A stretch of 63,119 nt of DNA, filler included, from Octopus bimaculoides (taxonomy: Eukaryota), in the NCBI RefSeq assembly GCF_001194135.2. It is 8 parts of 7 records of this genome, joined end to end, with 100 filler letters (N's around TTAATTAATTAA, not from the genome) between each part and the next. Parts side by side here need not be neighbours in the genome. Positions count along the whole stretch, not along the records: positions 10,484 to 18,536 come from NC_068986.1; positions 18,637 to 24,864 come from NC_068984.1; 6 more parts are not named here. One strand, given 5' to 3'. The position numbers and the translations under genes are program-made. Each line of letters begins with the position of its first letter. Positions within the stretch are counted from its first letter, which is position 1. The notes below the pieces were generated by a model. It saw nothing but the letters and a program-made list of their open reading frames with translations, made no database searches and was not told where the DNA came from. This document shows, piece by piece, positions 11,491 to 24,964 of the stretch.

Positions 11491-12276
11491 TGATGATGAT
11501 GATGATATCAACTTATCTTTCAGTTTATTTGCTTACATAATACTAATTCAAATGTTAAATAAGGAGATGCATGGATTATAGCTTTCAAGTGGTGGAGAAC
11601 GACAGATTTGTGAGTTTGAAATTGAATACTCTTTAAGCTAAGAATAGTTAATTCACTAATGCTTTAAAGCTGTTGCTTTGAGACACAACATACAACACTT
11701 TTATAATAAATTCAAAGCAGACAATTCATAGCTCGATACCCTAACTAATACCAAAACTGTGTATCTGAAACTAATACTAAAGACAAGCAAATTAAGCCAA
11801 GTAGAATTAATTTTTAGAGCAAAGTAATTTAATTTAAATGCTGCACACATTCATTTTTGAAAGAGGTCACACTTCTAAAACAGCAATAGAAAAAAATGTT
11901 GGTTATTAATTACCTCTTAGAATGTAATTTATCTGAATTAAGAAAATGGAAATATTTTATCTTTTTGAAAAAATCCACTACAGAAATTGCAATCACCATT
12001 ATTGCAGTTCTCATAATCATCATCACTACAGCTGCTTTAATAATCACTACTATTATTACTATCCTTATGGCTACAACAACCAATGTTTTTACAACAAGCA
12101 ATGTTGGTATTGTTGTGCTTTCTATAGAAACCATAATGACAATGAGTATTCATGCTATACAATCACTTGACTTTCCCAATAACCATTCATATAACCGCAA
12201 TAAAGCACTAAATAAATATAGTATGTATGAATAACTAAATAGTTTGATGAGGTTATTAGATATTTAGTTTTTACAG

Positions 12277-12378
12277 CCATCTGCAGTGACTGATATAATG
12301 GAATATAAAGGAGGAAATAGACACTCAGAGGTCCCTATGGAAAGTTATGAGAGACACCCATTTCAAGCCTTCTACTGA
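12277..12378 (+). CDS. Candidate terminal coding exon (PSAVTDIMEYKGGNRHSEVPMESYERHPFQAFY*)
   Basis: Acceptor TTTAGTTTTTACAG, single open frame of 33 codons, more GC-rich than its flanks; no recognised homology. Confidence 0.25.
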   Translation, partial: PSAVTDIMEYKGGNRHSEVPMESYERHPFQAFY

Positions 12379-13129
12379 AGATGACAAAAGTAGAGTTTGA
12401 GAACAACATCTAGAGTTTTGATTGATAGTTAAGAAAATAACTACATTAGTTGCTTTGATAATAAATGCTCAAATATTATAGTTGTGTTTAGGCTGCTAGA
12501 ATGATTTGAAAGTGGAGTACAACTACAGTTAATTATTGATCATGTGAAAGCTATGATCACTAATGTTTAGACTTCATAGTAATGTAAAATTATATCATCT
12601 CCATTTTAACAAGCATGTTCTATGAATCTTTAATCAAGTATGAGCTATATGGTGTTTTTATGGCTAATATCAGAAAAAAGAAATAAAAATGGCATTATAA
12701 TTTGCAAACAAAAAATAGAGAAACTACCTTAGACTATAAAATTTAGAATAATTTTAACACTGAATTGTTTGCTTTGAAGATATGGTGAGGTTATTAATGT
12801 GCTTAGACTTTACTACAACTATTATAAGAAATAATATGCTGTTTGTTATGGCATACTTACCTGGAAAATAAATAGCATTGTAACAGAGGTCATGGTGTAA
12901 GGTAAATACCTACTGCTAGAATATAGGCATTATTCTAAATTTATAGTTCCATACGACCAAAGGTATAGAAATAAAAGCTGCAAAACATTGTTTGCAAGTA
13001 TAAACTAAAATATTTTACACAAATGATGGATAAGTTATGAAAGTAACAGAAAGGAAATATTGCACAACTTATTAGGAGGAAAATTAGCTCTGATGAAATA
13101 GAGTTCAAATCCATGGTAGGACAGAGTTT

Positions 13130-15140
13130 GGGTTATGCTTTCTCCTTAATGAGACTACAATATCAGGATACATCAGCAAAAGGTAGGTTATAATATATAG
13201 CATTCTTTGACCTGAAGAAGGCCTTTGGCAGGGTACCATATTGCTAATCCCTAAGAAAATTAGGCATAGATGAATTGTTAGTAAGAGCCCTGAAAGTTAT
13301 GTACAGAAATTCTCTTAATAAAGTGGCAATTAGTAATGAGATCAATAAGGGATTTAATATGCAGATAGGCATCCATCAGAGCTTAGTCTTACACTCTTTC
13401 TTGTCTTAGTTGCTCCAGCCATAACAGAAGAGTTATAAAACCAACTTTCCAAAGAATTTCTGAGTCCTGTTATACATGGTCTGATCAATAAGTATCCGGA
13501 CTGTTGCCATAGTAACAAGGCTAAAGCACACAGAGTGAAGCCACTTGGCACAGATTGACCTTAAACTCTGCTGCGCATGTGCATTTCTAGCTCACTTCTG
13601 CTTTTTACAGCAGTGTTTGGAAGGATAGTGTATAGTGTGTGATAGCTTCATTGACCATGACAGAGAGAGTTGAACAGAGAATCTACATCAAATGTTGCCA
13701 AAAGCTTGGCAATACCTGCTCAGAGGCCTACGCAAAGTTTTCAAAAAGTTTTCATTGTTCTCAACACAGTCAAGGAGATCCTGTGCAACTGAAACCCGAC
13801 TGTCTTCTCGGTCAGCTGTAAACAGTTTTATCACAAAGTTGGCAGACATGCGTCTCATGCCTAAATCTTCAGTGATAATGGACTGAACTGAACTATAACT
13901 AATCTGCACATCCACTGATAACTCATGGATGGTGACTCGACGATTTCCCCTCACAGCTGCATGCACATCTGTGATGTTTTTATCAGTTCTACTGATTGCA
14001 GTAGAACTGAGAACATTCATCAATATCGACATCTTTTTGGCCCTTTTGGAAACATCGGAAACACTCGTACACTTGTGTGCAGCTCATACACTCCTCTCCA
14101 TACACTTTCTGCAACTTTGCATAGGCTTCTGAGCAGGTATTGCCTGTCGACTTTCTCTGTCATTGTCAATGTGATGACCACACACTACACACCTTCCTAT
14201 CAAGCACTGCTGTAAGCAGCTGAAGAGGGTTGGAATGTTAAAACTTAGTGTGCAGGCACAACAGAGTTCAAGGTCAATTCTTGGCAAACAGCTTGACTCT
14301 GTGTGCTTTAACTTTGTTACTATGGCATCAATTCGGATACTTATTGATCAGACCTCGTAGTTTTCATAGATGACTCTATCAGAATTAGAGGAGAAATTTC
14401 AAATATAGATGCAAGCATTTTAGTTAGCATAAAAATGCTTGACATATAAAAAAGGAAGATGCTGGAATTCCATATGGTGTACCCAATCCAGTCTAACTGA
14501 TCTAATGCCCAAGAAGTTGATGGTGTTTAGCAGCAGGCTTCATACATATTGAATGCAAAGGAATAATTAGTTGTAAGTACAAGCATGAAATAAATTCTTT
14601 GAAATAAGCAGAATGCTCCCTAGAAGTAGTTGATGGCTTCTGTTATCTAGCTGACCTAACTAGCAGTGAAAATGGTGTTCACAGAATTTAATAGCCAGAG
14701 CAAGAATAGAGTGGGAAAATTCAAGGAGCTATTACCTCCACTGGCCATAAAAGAATCCACTCTTCGACTGAAGAGCAGATTGTATGACACTTGGGTACAA
14801 AGTATAATGCTGCACTGGATGTGTGAAGGCTGGAAAGAAATGAGGTGTGCATATTCTTCTTGATGTGTTCAGGAACATGAATAACATAACACAAACGAAA
14901 TTGAAAGGAAAACTTAGAATAAGAGCTGTCAGATGTATGTGTATATTGGGTAGAGAAGTGCCAAGCAATCCAAATTGGAAAGAACCTACCTGTGAAAGAG
15001 AAAGATCAAAGAAAACATGGGGAGAAGTGGTGAACTTCACAAAGATGATGATAAAGGACTGGAACACTGGTTAGACACAGTTATAGAGAAGACCCAACCA
15101 GTTCAAGCAAGCAAGAGCATGAACATAATGCTGATGATGA
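13130..15140 (+). mobile_element. Degraded RTE-clade LINE (RT to 3' end), interrupted by a mariner derivative at 13475-14357
   Basis: Remnants of AFFDLKKAF..LRKLGIDELLVRA..MY..IGIHQ, then ..LSELEEKFQ.., RNRVGKFKELLP.L, ..WGEVV..; ends in (GAT)n tail near 15140. Confidence 0.85.
13475..14357. mobile_element. Non-autonomous mariner built from two inverted left ends
   Basis: TA on both sides; TIR GGTCTGATCAATAAGTATCCG; transposase start MTE(R/K)V at 13657 (+) and 14163 (-); ORF 13688..14032 is the mariner HTH region (NRRVTIHELS..SVQSIITEDLGMRRMSANFV). Confidence 0.9.
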
Positions 15141-15732
15141 TGTATGGAAAACTGAAATGTGACATGATTTCTAAAGCAGTAGTAAATGTAAAAATAAACT
15201 ATTCCTGCAGTCAGTCAATAACTCAATATCTGCATGAACATTGTTTATGTAACTAATTTTTAATGGAAATTTGTAGCAAGAGATGTTCAGACAAAAACGT
15301 TCTGTTTCTAAAGAATTTCTACTTCTAACATAGTAAAAATAAGATTAAATGAAAGAATTTCCATGTATATTGCTAATACATGCAGTGAGTAAAGTAGTCA
15401 CAGTAGAAATTCATTATTGGTTAGAGGTGCAAATGATGATGGCAATAATGATAAACACATGAGATTTATTGTTGGAATCAATCACAAAGTAGGATGTGAA
15501 TATTGGATTAGAGTTTGGAAAAGGGAAAATATGGGTAAAGAAGAAGAGGAGGAGGAGGGGGAGGAAGAGGAGGAGTAGGAGAAAGGGAAGAAGATGGAGG
15601 AAGAGGGTGAGGAAGTGAAGGAAGAAGACAGCTCCAAAAATAAGTGAAACACTAACAAAGGCAAGAGTAACAACAACGATAACAGTGAAACAACTGATTT
15701 ACAAAGAAACGAATTTTGTTTTTTTGTCATAC

Positions 15733-15779
15733 ATATGTAAGAATTCTTGAATTTGCATCAAGTACAATCTTGATTGCTC
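15733..15779 (-). CDS. Candidate 47-nt internal exon (EQSRLYLMQIQEFLH or AIKIVLDANSRILTY)
   Basis: Acceptor GTCACTTCTCTAG and donor GTATGA; two open frames; no homology recognised. Confidence 0.2.
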
Positions 15780-17161
15780 CTAGAGAAGTGACAGCATAAC
15801 AGATGCATATTGATTAAATGACAAACTAGTTTTCCAGCAGAAAACCTTCCATGTTAAGTATCAGCTTGATAAATTAGAAATATTAAAATAAAAATAGACA
15901 TTTTCTTCTCTTTTTTTTCAGTAACAAAGTTAATATTTAAATGATTTGATGTTTGGAAAGCAAAATATGATTTAAAATAATTCAAAACAAAATTTTTAAG
16001 AGAATTTATTAAACACTAAATAAATTCTATATATATATATATTAGTGATTGAAAAATATTGAAATTCAAGTAAATCTAATGGGTTTAGAGAGAAAATATA
16101 AACAGAACTAATTGATAGTTTAAAATAATCCTCAAAGGTTGGTATCTGTAAAGCTTTTCCTTTGGCATTCCTTAAAATAATTCATATAACTATAAAATAG
16201 TAGTTTAATTCCCCAAAGAACAATTCCTATGAAAGCAGATATATATAGTAATGGTTAATGACATATCCCAAAAGCATAAAGCTTGGAATACTGGTTAACT
16301 ACCATTTCAATAAACAGTAAATTTATATGTTTACAGAATTTTTACTATTGTTTTCATCTTAAATACTTCAGATAACTAATTAATTTGAGATACCTCAGAA
16401 TAACTTAATACATACAAGTATTAAAGAATAAAAAGAGCTTCACTGCTGAGCTAGAAAACACAATTGTTTTAGTGTTTGTCATTAAATCTAGCTTAGTATG
16501 AATCTAATATAGTTACAGGAAGAAAAATTAAGATGAACTAATTATGGGAAATGCTGGAGACTGGAAAAGACATTTCATTCAATCATCAAATGTAGAAATT
16601 TACATATGGAAGTTTATAATTAATGAACAGGTGCTCTAAGCATAATCCATTTCCAAGTAATTTATATTGAATTCAAATTTTTATAAATATATTACATAAT
16701 TAATTATCCAAATCAAAGCCTAATTTAGCTTTATATAACTCTAATTCCCAGAAATTATTTGCCAAAATTTTACTATCCAGTTATCCACATTAAACCAATC
16801 CTGTTTTTTTCACATGTAAATGCTTGTGTAAAATCTGTTCTTAAATAATGTTTTATAACAATTCTTATAATATAGGAAATTCTAAAATAACTTCCCATAA
16901 AAGCATTCATCTAAAATTAAGCCATTATGAAATATTGTATGAATGAAGGTAAACATTGTTTCTTTATTAATTTATATCAAATGTGGACAAATCTCTTCAG
17001 ATATAATACCACTACAAACTCACAGGCCTTCACTTTCATGTTTATTGTTTGATGTCAGAGGGAATATTTTAGTAGTAAAAATTCAACTGCAAACTGTCGT
17101 TATTGTAGCTGTATGCAAAAGCTATTACAATGTTTCATTTAAAATCTTGGTTGTTTCTTAC

Positions 17162-17276
17162 ATAGTTTGTGACAAAAATTTTTTTATCAACTCCATTAAA
17201 GCACCAGAACATGTCAAAACTTCTTGAGTTGTTAATGTTTCAGTATGTTTTATATCAATATCTTTGTAAATCAACA
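17162..17276 (-). CDS. Candidate 115-nt internal exon (xLIYKDIDIKHTETLTTQEVLTCSGALMELIKKFLSQTx)
   Basis: Strong acceptor TTCTTTTTCTTTTCTGTAG, donor GTAAGA, exactly one open frame in AT-rich DNA; protein family not recognised. Confidence 0.4.
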
Positions 17277-18706
17277 CTACAGAAAAGAAAAAGAACAATT
17301 TGTTGTTGTTGAACTGTTCAAGAGCTTAAATGTATCTCATCAGTCATTGAAACCAAGCCTTGATTGATTAAGCTTTTCATTTTTCAGGGGTTAATGACAT
17401 GTTTTAATGTAACATATTTAGTCTTAGCTGCCTTTTGTGGATCATAAAGCTTTCATAAATGCTTATAATTTAAAAGATTCATTTTTACTAAGTCCATATT
17501 GTTGTCATGTGCTAAAATATTCCGAGACATTTCTGTTCTAATAGTGGAATCCATCTTAATGATGTTTTCAGAACATTATGTAGATCACTGAGAAAATGTC
17601 CTAAAAAATTAGATATTGATACACGTTCTCGAGGATAACTCTAGAACAGTTTGTTCTTCAGTAAAAGGTTTCATTTCAGATAACGCATTTTTTGAGATAG
17701 CTGTGAAGCAATGTTGGTACATATTGTGCTGATAACAGAAGACCCAATAATATCGAAGTAAAAGTTTTGATCAACATATCTATGTCCACACCTCAGACAA
17801 ATTGAGACCATTCACATCAAGTTACTCAAGTAAAAATCTATGTTAAGAGAAAACCTTTAGTTCTTGCACCTGCTTGAAATACTCACTAAAATCCATCAAA
17901 TTACAACCTAACATCTTAAAAATCTGGACACATTGCCTATTGTAGTCTTAGATATACTATATCTGAAAACACACAAAATAATGGCATAGTTTTAATCCTT
18001 GATGCGACTACTTAATCAGAGTTGACTTGTGGTTAAACACCATTGTCACTGTCATTTTCACTGTTGCTGCAACCACTGTCAATGACAGCAATGATGAGAA
18101 CTACAACAATAATGACAATAGTAAAATAGTAAACCTATTTAATTTTTACTGAACTTCCTTTTTTAAGATTACTGCTGAAAATGATTAAATATCAAAATGT
18201 AAAACCAAATTTAGTGTGTGCCTATGAGGCAAAGGGCTCTTAAAAAAAAAAAGAAAAAAAAAAAATCAGTTTCTTCATTTCCATATTCAGGATTTCATAA
18301 TAACTTAGGAATTAAATAAGTTAAGGCTTCGCAAATTCATCATTGATACTGAGAAAGTTAATAGTCGACAATTTAAAAAATTAATGTAAAGACAACATAC
18401 CCCATTAATATTTTTATATGCCTAATTATTACTAATTAGCAACTAAATCATAGAGAAAAACTTTATTACACTGAAAGAATATTGTTATTGAATATAAAGA
18501 AAATTCTAAAGAATATTAAATTTTAGCAAAAATAACNNNNNNNNNNNNNNNNNNNNNNNNNNNNNNNNNNNNNNNNNNNNTTAATTAATTAANNNNNNNN
18601 NNNNNNNNNNNNNNNNNNNNNNNNNNNNNNNNNNNNATATACCTACGTACATACATATGCATACGTATACATAAATATGTGCCTGTGCGTGTCTGCGTGT
18701 GTATCT

Positions 18707-18783
<77 letters not shown>

Positions 18784-19240
18784 CATCCATCTATCTATCT
18801 ATCTATCTATCTACCAAACTGTCTCTCACACAGACGCATACACACATTCTCTCCCTATTTATAAAAAGAAGCGAGAAACACACGCACACACACATAGAAA
18901 CACACACATATATATATATATATATATGTACACACACACGCGACCATATATATATATATATATATATATATGACATACATATATATACATTTGCAGAAAT
19001 CATACATACATAATTGCCTTCATACAAACAAATACACACATATACACACATACCTATATTTAATATTTATATATATTTATACACACAGATGCATATACAT
19101 TCTTTCATGCATGTGTATATGTAGGTGTGCAATTTTACACGCAAGCTACACCTGCGTGTGACTCACAAACTGTGCACGGTTGTGTAATTATTAGTGTATT
19201 ACAGGGTTGAAAAACTTTGACAACTGTGGGAAATGCTATT

Positions 19241-19278
<38 letters not shown>

Positions 19279-21379
19279 ATATGAAGGTAAAATACTTATA
19301 CTGACAATTTACGTGTATACAAACGTTAAATGCACAATTTAAGCACAGAGCATCTACACACATATATACATACGTGTACACCTATACACATACATGTACA
19401 NNNNNNNNNNNNNNNNNNNNNNNNNNNNNNNNNNNNNNNNNNNNNNNNNNNNNNNNNNNNNNNNNNNNNNNNNNNNNNNNNNNNNNNNNNNNNNNNNNNN
19501 NNNNNNNNNNNNNNNNNNNNNNNNNNNNNNNNNNNNNNNNNNNNNNNNNNNNNNNNNNNNNNNNNNNNNNNNNNNNNNNNNNNNNNNNNNNNNNNNNNNN
19601 NNNNNNNNNNNNNNNNNNNNNNNNNNNNNNNNNNNNNNNNNNNNNNNNNNNNNNNNNNNNNNNNNNNNNNNNNNNNNNNNNNNNNNNNNNNNNNNNNNNN
19701 NNNNNNNNNNNNNNNNNNNNNNNNNNNNNNNNNNNNNNNNNNNNNNNNNNNNNNNNNNNNNNNNNNNNNNNNNNNNNNNNNNNNNNNNNNNNNNNNNNNN
19801 NNNNNNNNNNNNNNNNNNNNNNNNNNNNNNNNNNNNNNNNNNNNNNNNNNNNNNNNNNNNNNNNNNNNNNNNNNNTATATATATATATATGTATGTATAT
19901 GTATACAGACTTAACACTGACATGTGAATCACACGGTTTTGTCGACACGATATATAAGACGTATGTCCATATAAACGCTCGAAAAATGTCAACACACACA
20001 CACACGCACATGCACACATATATACACATACATACCCACCCACCTGCACACACATATACACATATATACACACTTACACACACACACACACACACACGCA
20101 CACACGTACACATACACTCATACAGATACTCAATTACATACACATTCACACACGCACACACACACGTGTGTGTGAATATATATCCATCAGACACGTCTAT
20201 TTACACTCAGTTCAATTTGTTTCTAGACTTATAGAAAATTTTGACATTCAGCCGATCAAAGATCCCCCCCCCCCACCTTTTTTTTTGTTTCCACAAATTC
20301 ACAAGTTACTTTTTTATACACACTGCAAATATATATATATACATACATATATATATATATATCTCACACACACGCAGCAACTCGCCCCACCTGCATCAAC
20401 ACCCTTCCGCCACCCAGCATTCAAAACGTAAATACCTTCACACCTTTCCAACATCACACATCATTCTCACCAATCTTGGCACCCCGACCCACCCACCTAC
20501 GCACACCAGCTACCCTTCACAACTTAACCCCGTTCCCTCCTGTGCCAATACCTGCGATGTATGCATGTATGCATGTATGTATCTATGTGTGTTCCTGTGT
20601 ATTCATTATATGTGGGTGTTTGTGTGTATGTATGTATGTATGTATGTATGTATGTACCTATGTATGTATCTGTGTGTGTGTATGTATGCTGGTGTATGTA
20701 TGTATGTGTGAATGTATGTGTGTGTGTGTGTATGTGGGTGTATGTATGTGTAAATGTATGTATGTGTATATATATATATATGAGGGTGTATGTACGTATA
20801 TGTGTATGTATGTGTGTGTATGTATGTATGTATGTTTCTATGTTTGTGTATNNNNNNNNNNNNNNNNNNNNNNNNNNNNNNNNNNNNNNNNNNNNNNNNN
20901 NNNNNNNNNNNNNNNNNNNNNNNNNNNNNNNNNNNNNNNNNNNNNNNNNNNNNNNNNNNNNNNNNNNNNNNNNNNNNNNNNNNNNNNNNNNNNNNNNNNN
21001 NNNNNNNNNNNNNNNNNNNNNNNNNNNNNNNNNNNNNNNNNNNNNNNNNNNNNNNNNNNNNNNNNNNNNNNNNNNNNNNNNNNNNNNNNNNNNNNNNNNN
21101 NNNNNNNNNNNNNNNNNNNNNNNNNNNNNNNNNNNNNNNNNNNNNNNNNNNNNNNNNNNNNNNNNNNNNNNNNNNNNNNNNNNNNNNNNNNNNNNNNNNN
21201 NNNNNNNNNNNNNNNNNNNNNNNNNNNNNNNNNNNNNNNNNNNNNNNNNNNNNNNNNNNNNAAATTGATGCAAAAATAAAATTGCAGAAATGTGGCATTT
21301 AAAAAAAAAAAATTATTGTTGATGTTGTTGTCTTCGTTTTTTGATATTGTTTTTATTGGTGGGAGATGTCAGAGAATGA

Positions 21380-21387
21380 CAGCAAAT

Positions 21388-21418
<31 letters not shown>

Positions 21419-22050
21419 GCAGCAGCATCAACAACATCCTTTATCATTACCATCTTTAGCCATCGCCGCCGCCTCCACCGCCCCCTCCGCCTTCAACGAC
21501 ATGGCGGCAATGACAGCAAAAATAGTTATATTAATGATTTTTTACCTAAAAATATCTATAATAAAAATAATAATGGCTGCAGAAATAACATTAACAACCA
21601 AATCACCAACTACAGCAAGCAGCAGCAGCAACGAATATATAAACAAAACCAGGACGACCACTAACACCAGCATCACTATGACCACCACCACCACCACCAT
21701 CATCACCACCACTGCCACCATCACGTCCAACACCATCNNNNNNNNNNNNNNNNNNNNNNNNNNNNNNNNNNNNNNNNNNNNNNNNNNNNNNNNNNNNNNN
21801 NNNNNNNNNNNNNNNNNNNNNNNNNNNNNNNNNNNNNACCCACCATGACCACCAACGCTGACAGCAGCAACAACAACATTGGCTACAACAACAAGAACAA
21901 CAACATCTGCAATATCATAAATAGCCGTAACAACAGCATTTCCAGTTTCGTCTCCATCAACAGTTATTTAAAGCATCATCACCATCATCAACATTATAAA
22001 CAAGAGGCGCATGGAAAGCGGATGTTAAACGATGATGATGATGATATCAG
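21380..22050. repeat. Compound degenerate trinucleotide low-complexity region (CAA/CAG/CAC/AAC)
   Basis: Mixed trinucleotide runs around a gap; no splice context or domain. Confidence 0.85.
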
Positions 22051-22094
22051 ATAAAGTTGAATAAAAAACGATTTTTGGTAATAAATCAAATAAA

Positions 22095-22250
22095 ATAATT
22101 TGGGAAATAATGGGTTAATTTATCGACCCCGTAAGGATAAAAATGTAAAGTCGATCTCGGCGGAAATTGAACTCAGAACGTAGCGAGGGGTGTGATATTG
22201 CGTCCAAGTAGTGCGTCCAACGTGCTAACGATTCGTCCAGCTCACTCCTT
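22095..22250 (-). mobile_element. tRNA-derived SINE (same family as 517-1660)
   Basis: Reverse complement of head and TTCTGAGTTCAATTTCCGCCGAGATCGAC body. Confidence 0.85.
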
Positions 22251-22289
22251 TTGTCAAGATTAGTAATAAGAACAATAATTGAAATTATC

Positions 22290-22740
22290 TTCCGTACTTT
22301 TATTTGCGGCGCAATTCAACCGGGCTGGTTTGAGCCAGCTCCGACCAACGAGTTCATCCTCATGATTACTGACCTCATCCGACAATCGGCCGTAGTCGAA
22401 GCTGTAACGGATACCCACTTCCGGTTCCACTGCCGAAGACCATAGACGAAGGATTACGTTTATGCTTCCACGTCTGTTTTTACCGCTTGCCAGTCACGCC
22501 TTCAGTTGTTCCCCAGCTCATTTACGCCAATGTGGGAGGGGAGCCGGTTGAACTCGTTGCGAATAAATTTCCCAGGAGGGCGACGGACTGTATGGCCAAG
22601 CCATCTTAGACGTCCTATGAGTAGAGCTTGTTGTAGAGAGTTGATGCAGGGAATATCAGCGGTTAAGATTTTGGAGAATTCCGCTCTCGAATGGACGAAG
22701 GAGATTGCTTTTATCACATTGATGTTATATTGATGTTATT
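22290..22740 (-). mobile_element. RTE-clade LINE 3' fragment
   Basis: ORF 22502..22717 contains GRLRWLGHTVRRP (RTE RT C-terminus); ends in CCCGGTTGAATTGCGCCGCAAATAAAAGTA like RTE 3' ends. Confidence 0.8.
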
Positions 22741-23251
22741 GGCAAAAGGAAACTTAAAACCGAAGTGAAGACCAACCAGTGCTCATAGTGGACTGATTCC
22801 CTGCACGGTGTGGTCCAGAAATATTTTGGTTTACAACATTTGAGAAGGATGTGTAAAGTCCACCCTGGAGGCTTGGTCGAAGAAATTACCAATATGTCAT
22901 TCTATCATTCTTTCTTTCTTTCGTCTCTGTAGCCTTACGAAAGGTCATAGGTAGTACACTTTCACCTTATCGCAAGACGAAAAAAAACGTTAAAAAAAAA
23001 GAAAGAAAAAACCCCAAAAGTCTAAAGATCAGATCAATGATGGCCAGTATTGATTGGAAAGACATTCATCGATGGGACGAATGCGAAATATCAGATTTCA
23101 CCAAATCTGCCGCTCGGTGCACAAACTGAACTTATTTTACCAACTTCAGAAATCAATATATTTAATTCTTTAAAAACAAATCGGTTGGCAGTGTGTGCTG
23201 TTTCTTAATCTTTTCTTGCTTCGACTATAAAGGGCTGAGAGCATTAAAACG

Positions 23252-23311
<60 letters not shown>

Positions 23312-24225
23312 TGTTTACCGTAATGTTTGTTCTCCAAGGAAAGAAGTGAATTCATTAAATTCCTCATATTTAAATCATAAACCTACAAATGATGAGTTGA
23401 CGTAGGCAATCGGATTAATTNNNNNNNNNNNNNNNNNNNNNNNNNNNNNNNNNNNNNNNNNNNNNNNNNNNNNNNNNNNNNNNNNNNNNNNNNNNNNNNN
23501 NNNNNNNNNNNNNNNNNNNNNNNNNNNNNNNNNNNNNNNNNNNNNNNNNNNNNNNNNNNNNNNNNNNNNNNNNNNNNNNNNNNNNNNNNNNNNNNNNNNN
23601 NNNNNNNNNNNNNNNNNNNNNNNNNNNNNNNNNNNNNNNNNNNNNNNNNNNNNNNNNNNNNNNNNNNNNNNNNNNNNNNNNNNNNNNNNNNNNNNNNNNN
23701 NNNNNNNNNNNNNNNNNNNNNNNNNNNNNNNNNNNNNNNNNNNNNNNNNNNNNNNNNNNNNNNNNNNNNNNNNNNNNNNNNNNNNNNNNNNNNNNNNNNN
23801 NNNNNNNNNNNNNNNNNNNNNNNNNNNNNNNNNNNNNNNNNNNNNNNNNNNNNNNNNNNNNNNNNNNNNNNNNNNNNNNNNNNNNNNNNNNNNNNNNNNN
23901 NNNNNNNNNNNNNNNNNNNNNNNNNNNNNNNNNNNNNNNNNNNNNNNNNNNNNNNNNNNNNNNNNNNNNNNNNNNNNNNNNNNNNNNNNNNNNNNNNNNN
24001 GTGTATATATGCATGTGTGTGCGTGCGTGCGCGTGTGTGTGTGTGTGCGCGCGTGAGTGTGTGTGCGTGTGTGTGTAAGCGCGAGCGCATTTGGAAGAAT
24101 GGATAAGAAGTTTACTTTACACCGTTCAGATACCGGGTTCGCTACCACAGCGTTGCATCTTGGCCAAATGCAATTTTCTATGACCCCAGTACAACCCATA
24201 CCTTCTGAGGGAAATTGGGATGACA

Positions 24226-24312
<87 letters not shown>

Positions 24313-24462
24313 ACTATTGATCGATATTTGTTGCATATTCTATATATTCCTCTTTTCTTCAGACATAGGCCATTAACCAATGTAAGAATTGGCAGAGAAA
24401 TGGTTTAAATTTAATGTCGCGAAATTTAGTTTTGACTGAGGTAGTCCACGCCGCTTTAGTCA

Positions 24463-24535
24463 GGCGAAACGTACAGGCTAAGGGGCGAAACGTACAGGCT
24501 AAGGGGCGAAACGTACAGGCTAAGGGGCGAAACGT
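24463..24535 (+). repeat. 21-bp tandem repeat GGCGAAACGTACAGGCTAAGG x3.5
   Basis: Three perfect units plus a 10-nt partial unit. Confidence 0.95.
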
Positions 24536-24792
24536 TTGTGACTTCGATATACTGGCTGATGATACGGAAGGATTTCCGACATGGCAATGGATTTAGAACA
24601 ACTTGCAAAACTTCTCAGTAATTATTGCAGCTTCTCCGAGGTTTATTTAATCTCTTCCTGCTGTCTCGATGGCTCTGAAGTTCTAAACTTTAATAAGGAC
24701 TGCACTTCCTTCTCTGACTAAACGGCTAAACAGTACAAACACCCACATGAAACTGTCTACTTCACATTCACACAGAAGACATACTTGCTCAA

Positions 24793-24864
<72 letters not shown>

Positions 24865-24964
24865 NNNNNNNNNNNNNNNNNNNNNNNNNNNNNNNNNNNN
24901 NNNNNNNNTTAATTAATTAANNNNNNNNNNNNNNNNNNNNNNNNNNNNNNNNNNNNNNNNNNNN

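Noticed and set aside
12853-12864. ATACTTACCTGG, the 5' end of U1 snRNA
   Set aside because: Only 12 nt match; no U1 body or Sm site follows. Better read as a minus-strand splice donor.
21366-21848. PolyQ/polyT ORF resembling a transcription-factor low-complexity region
   Set aside because: Compound trinucleotide repeat with no splice signals or domain; runs into a gap.
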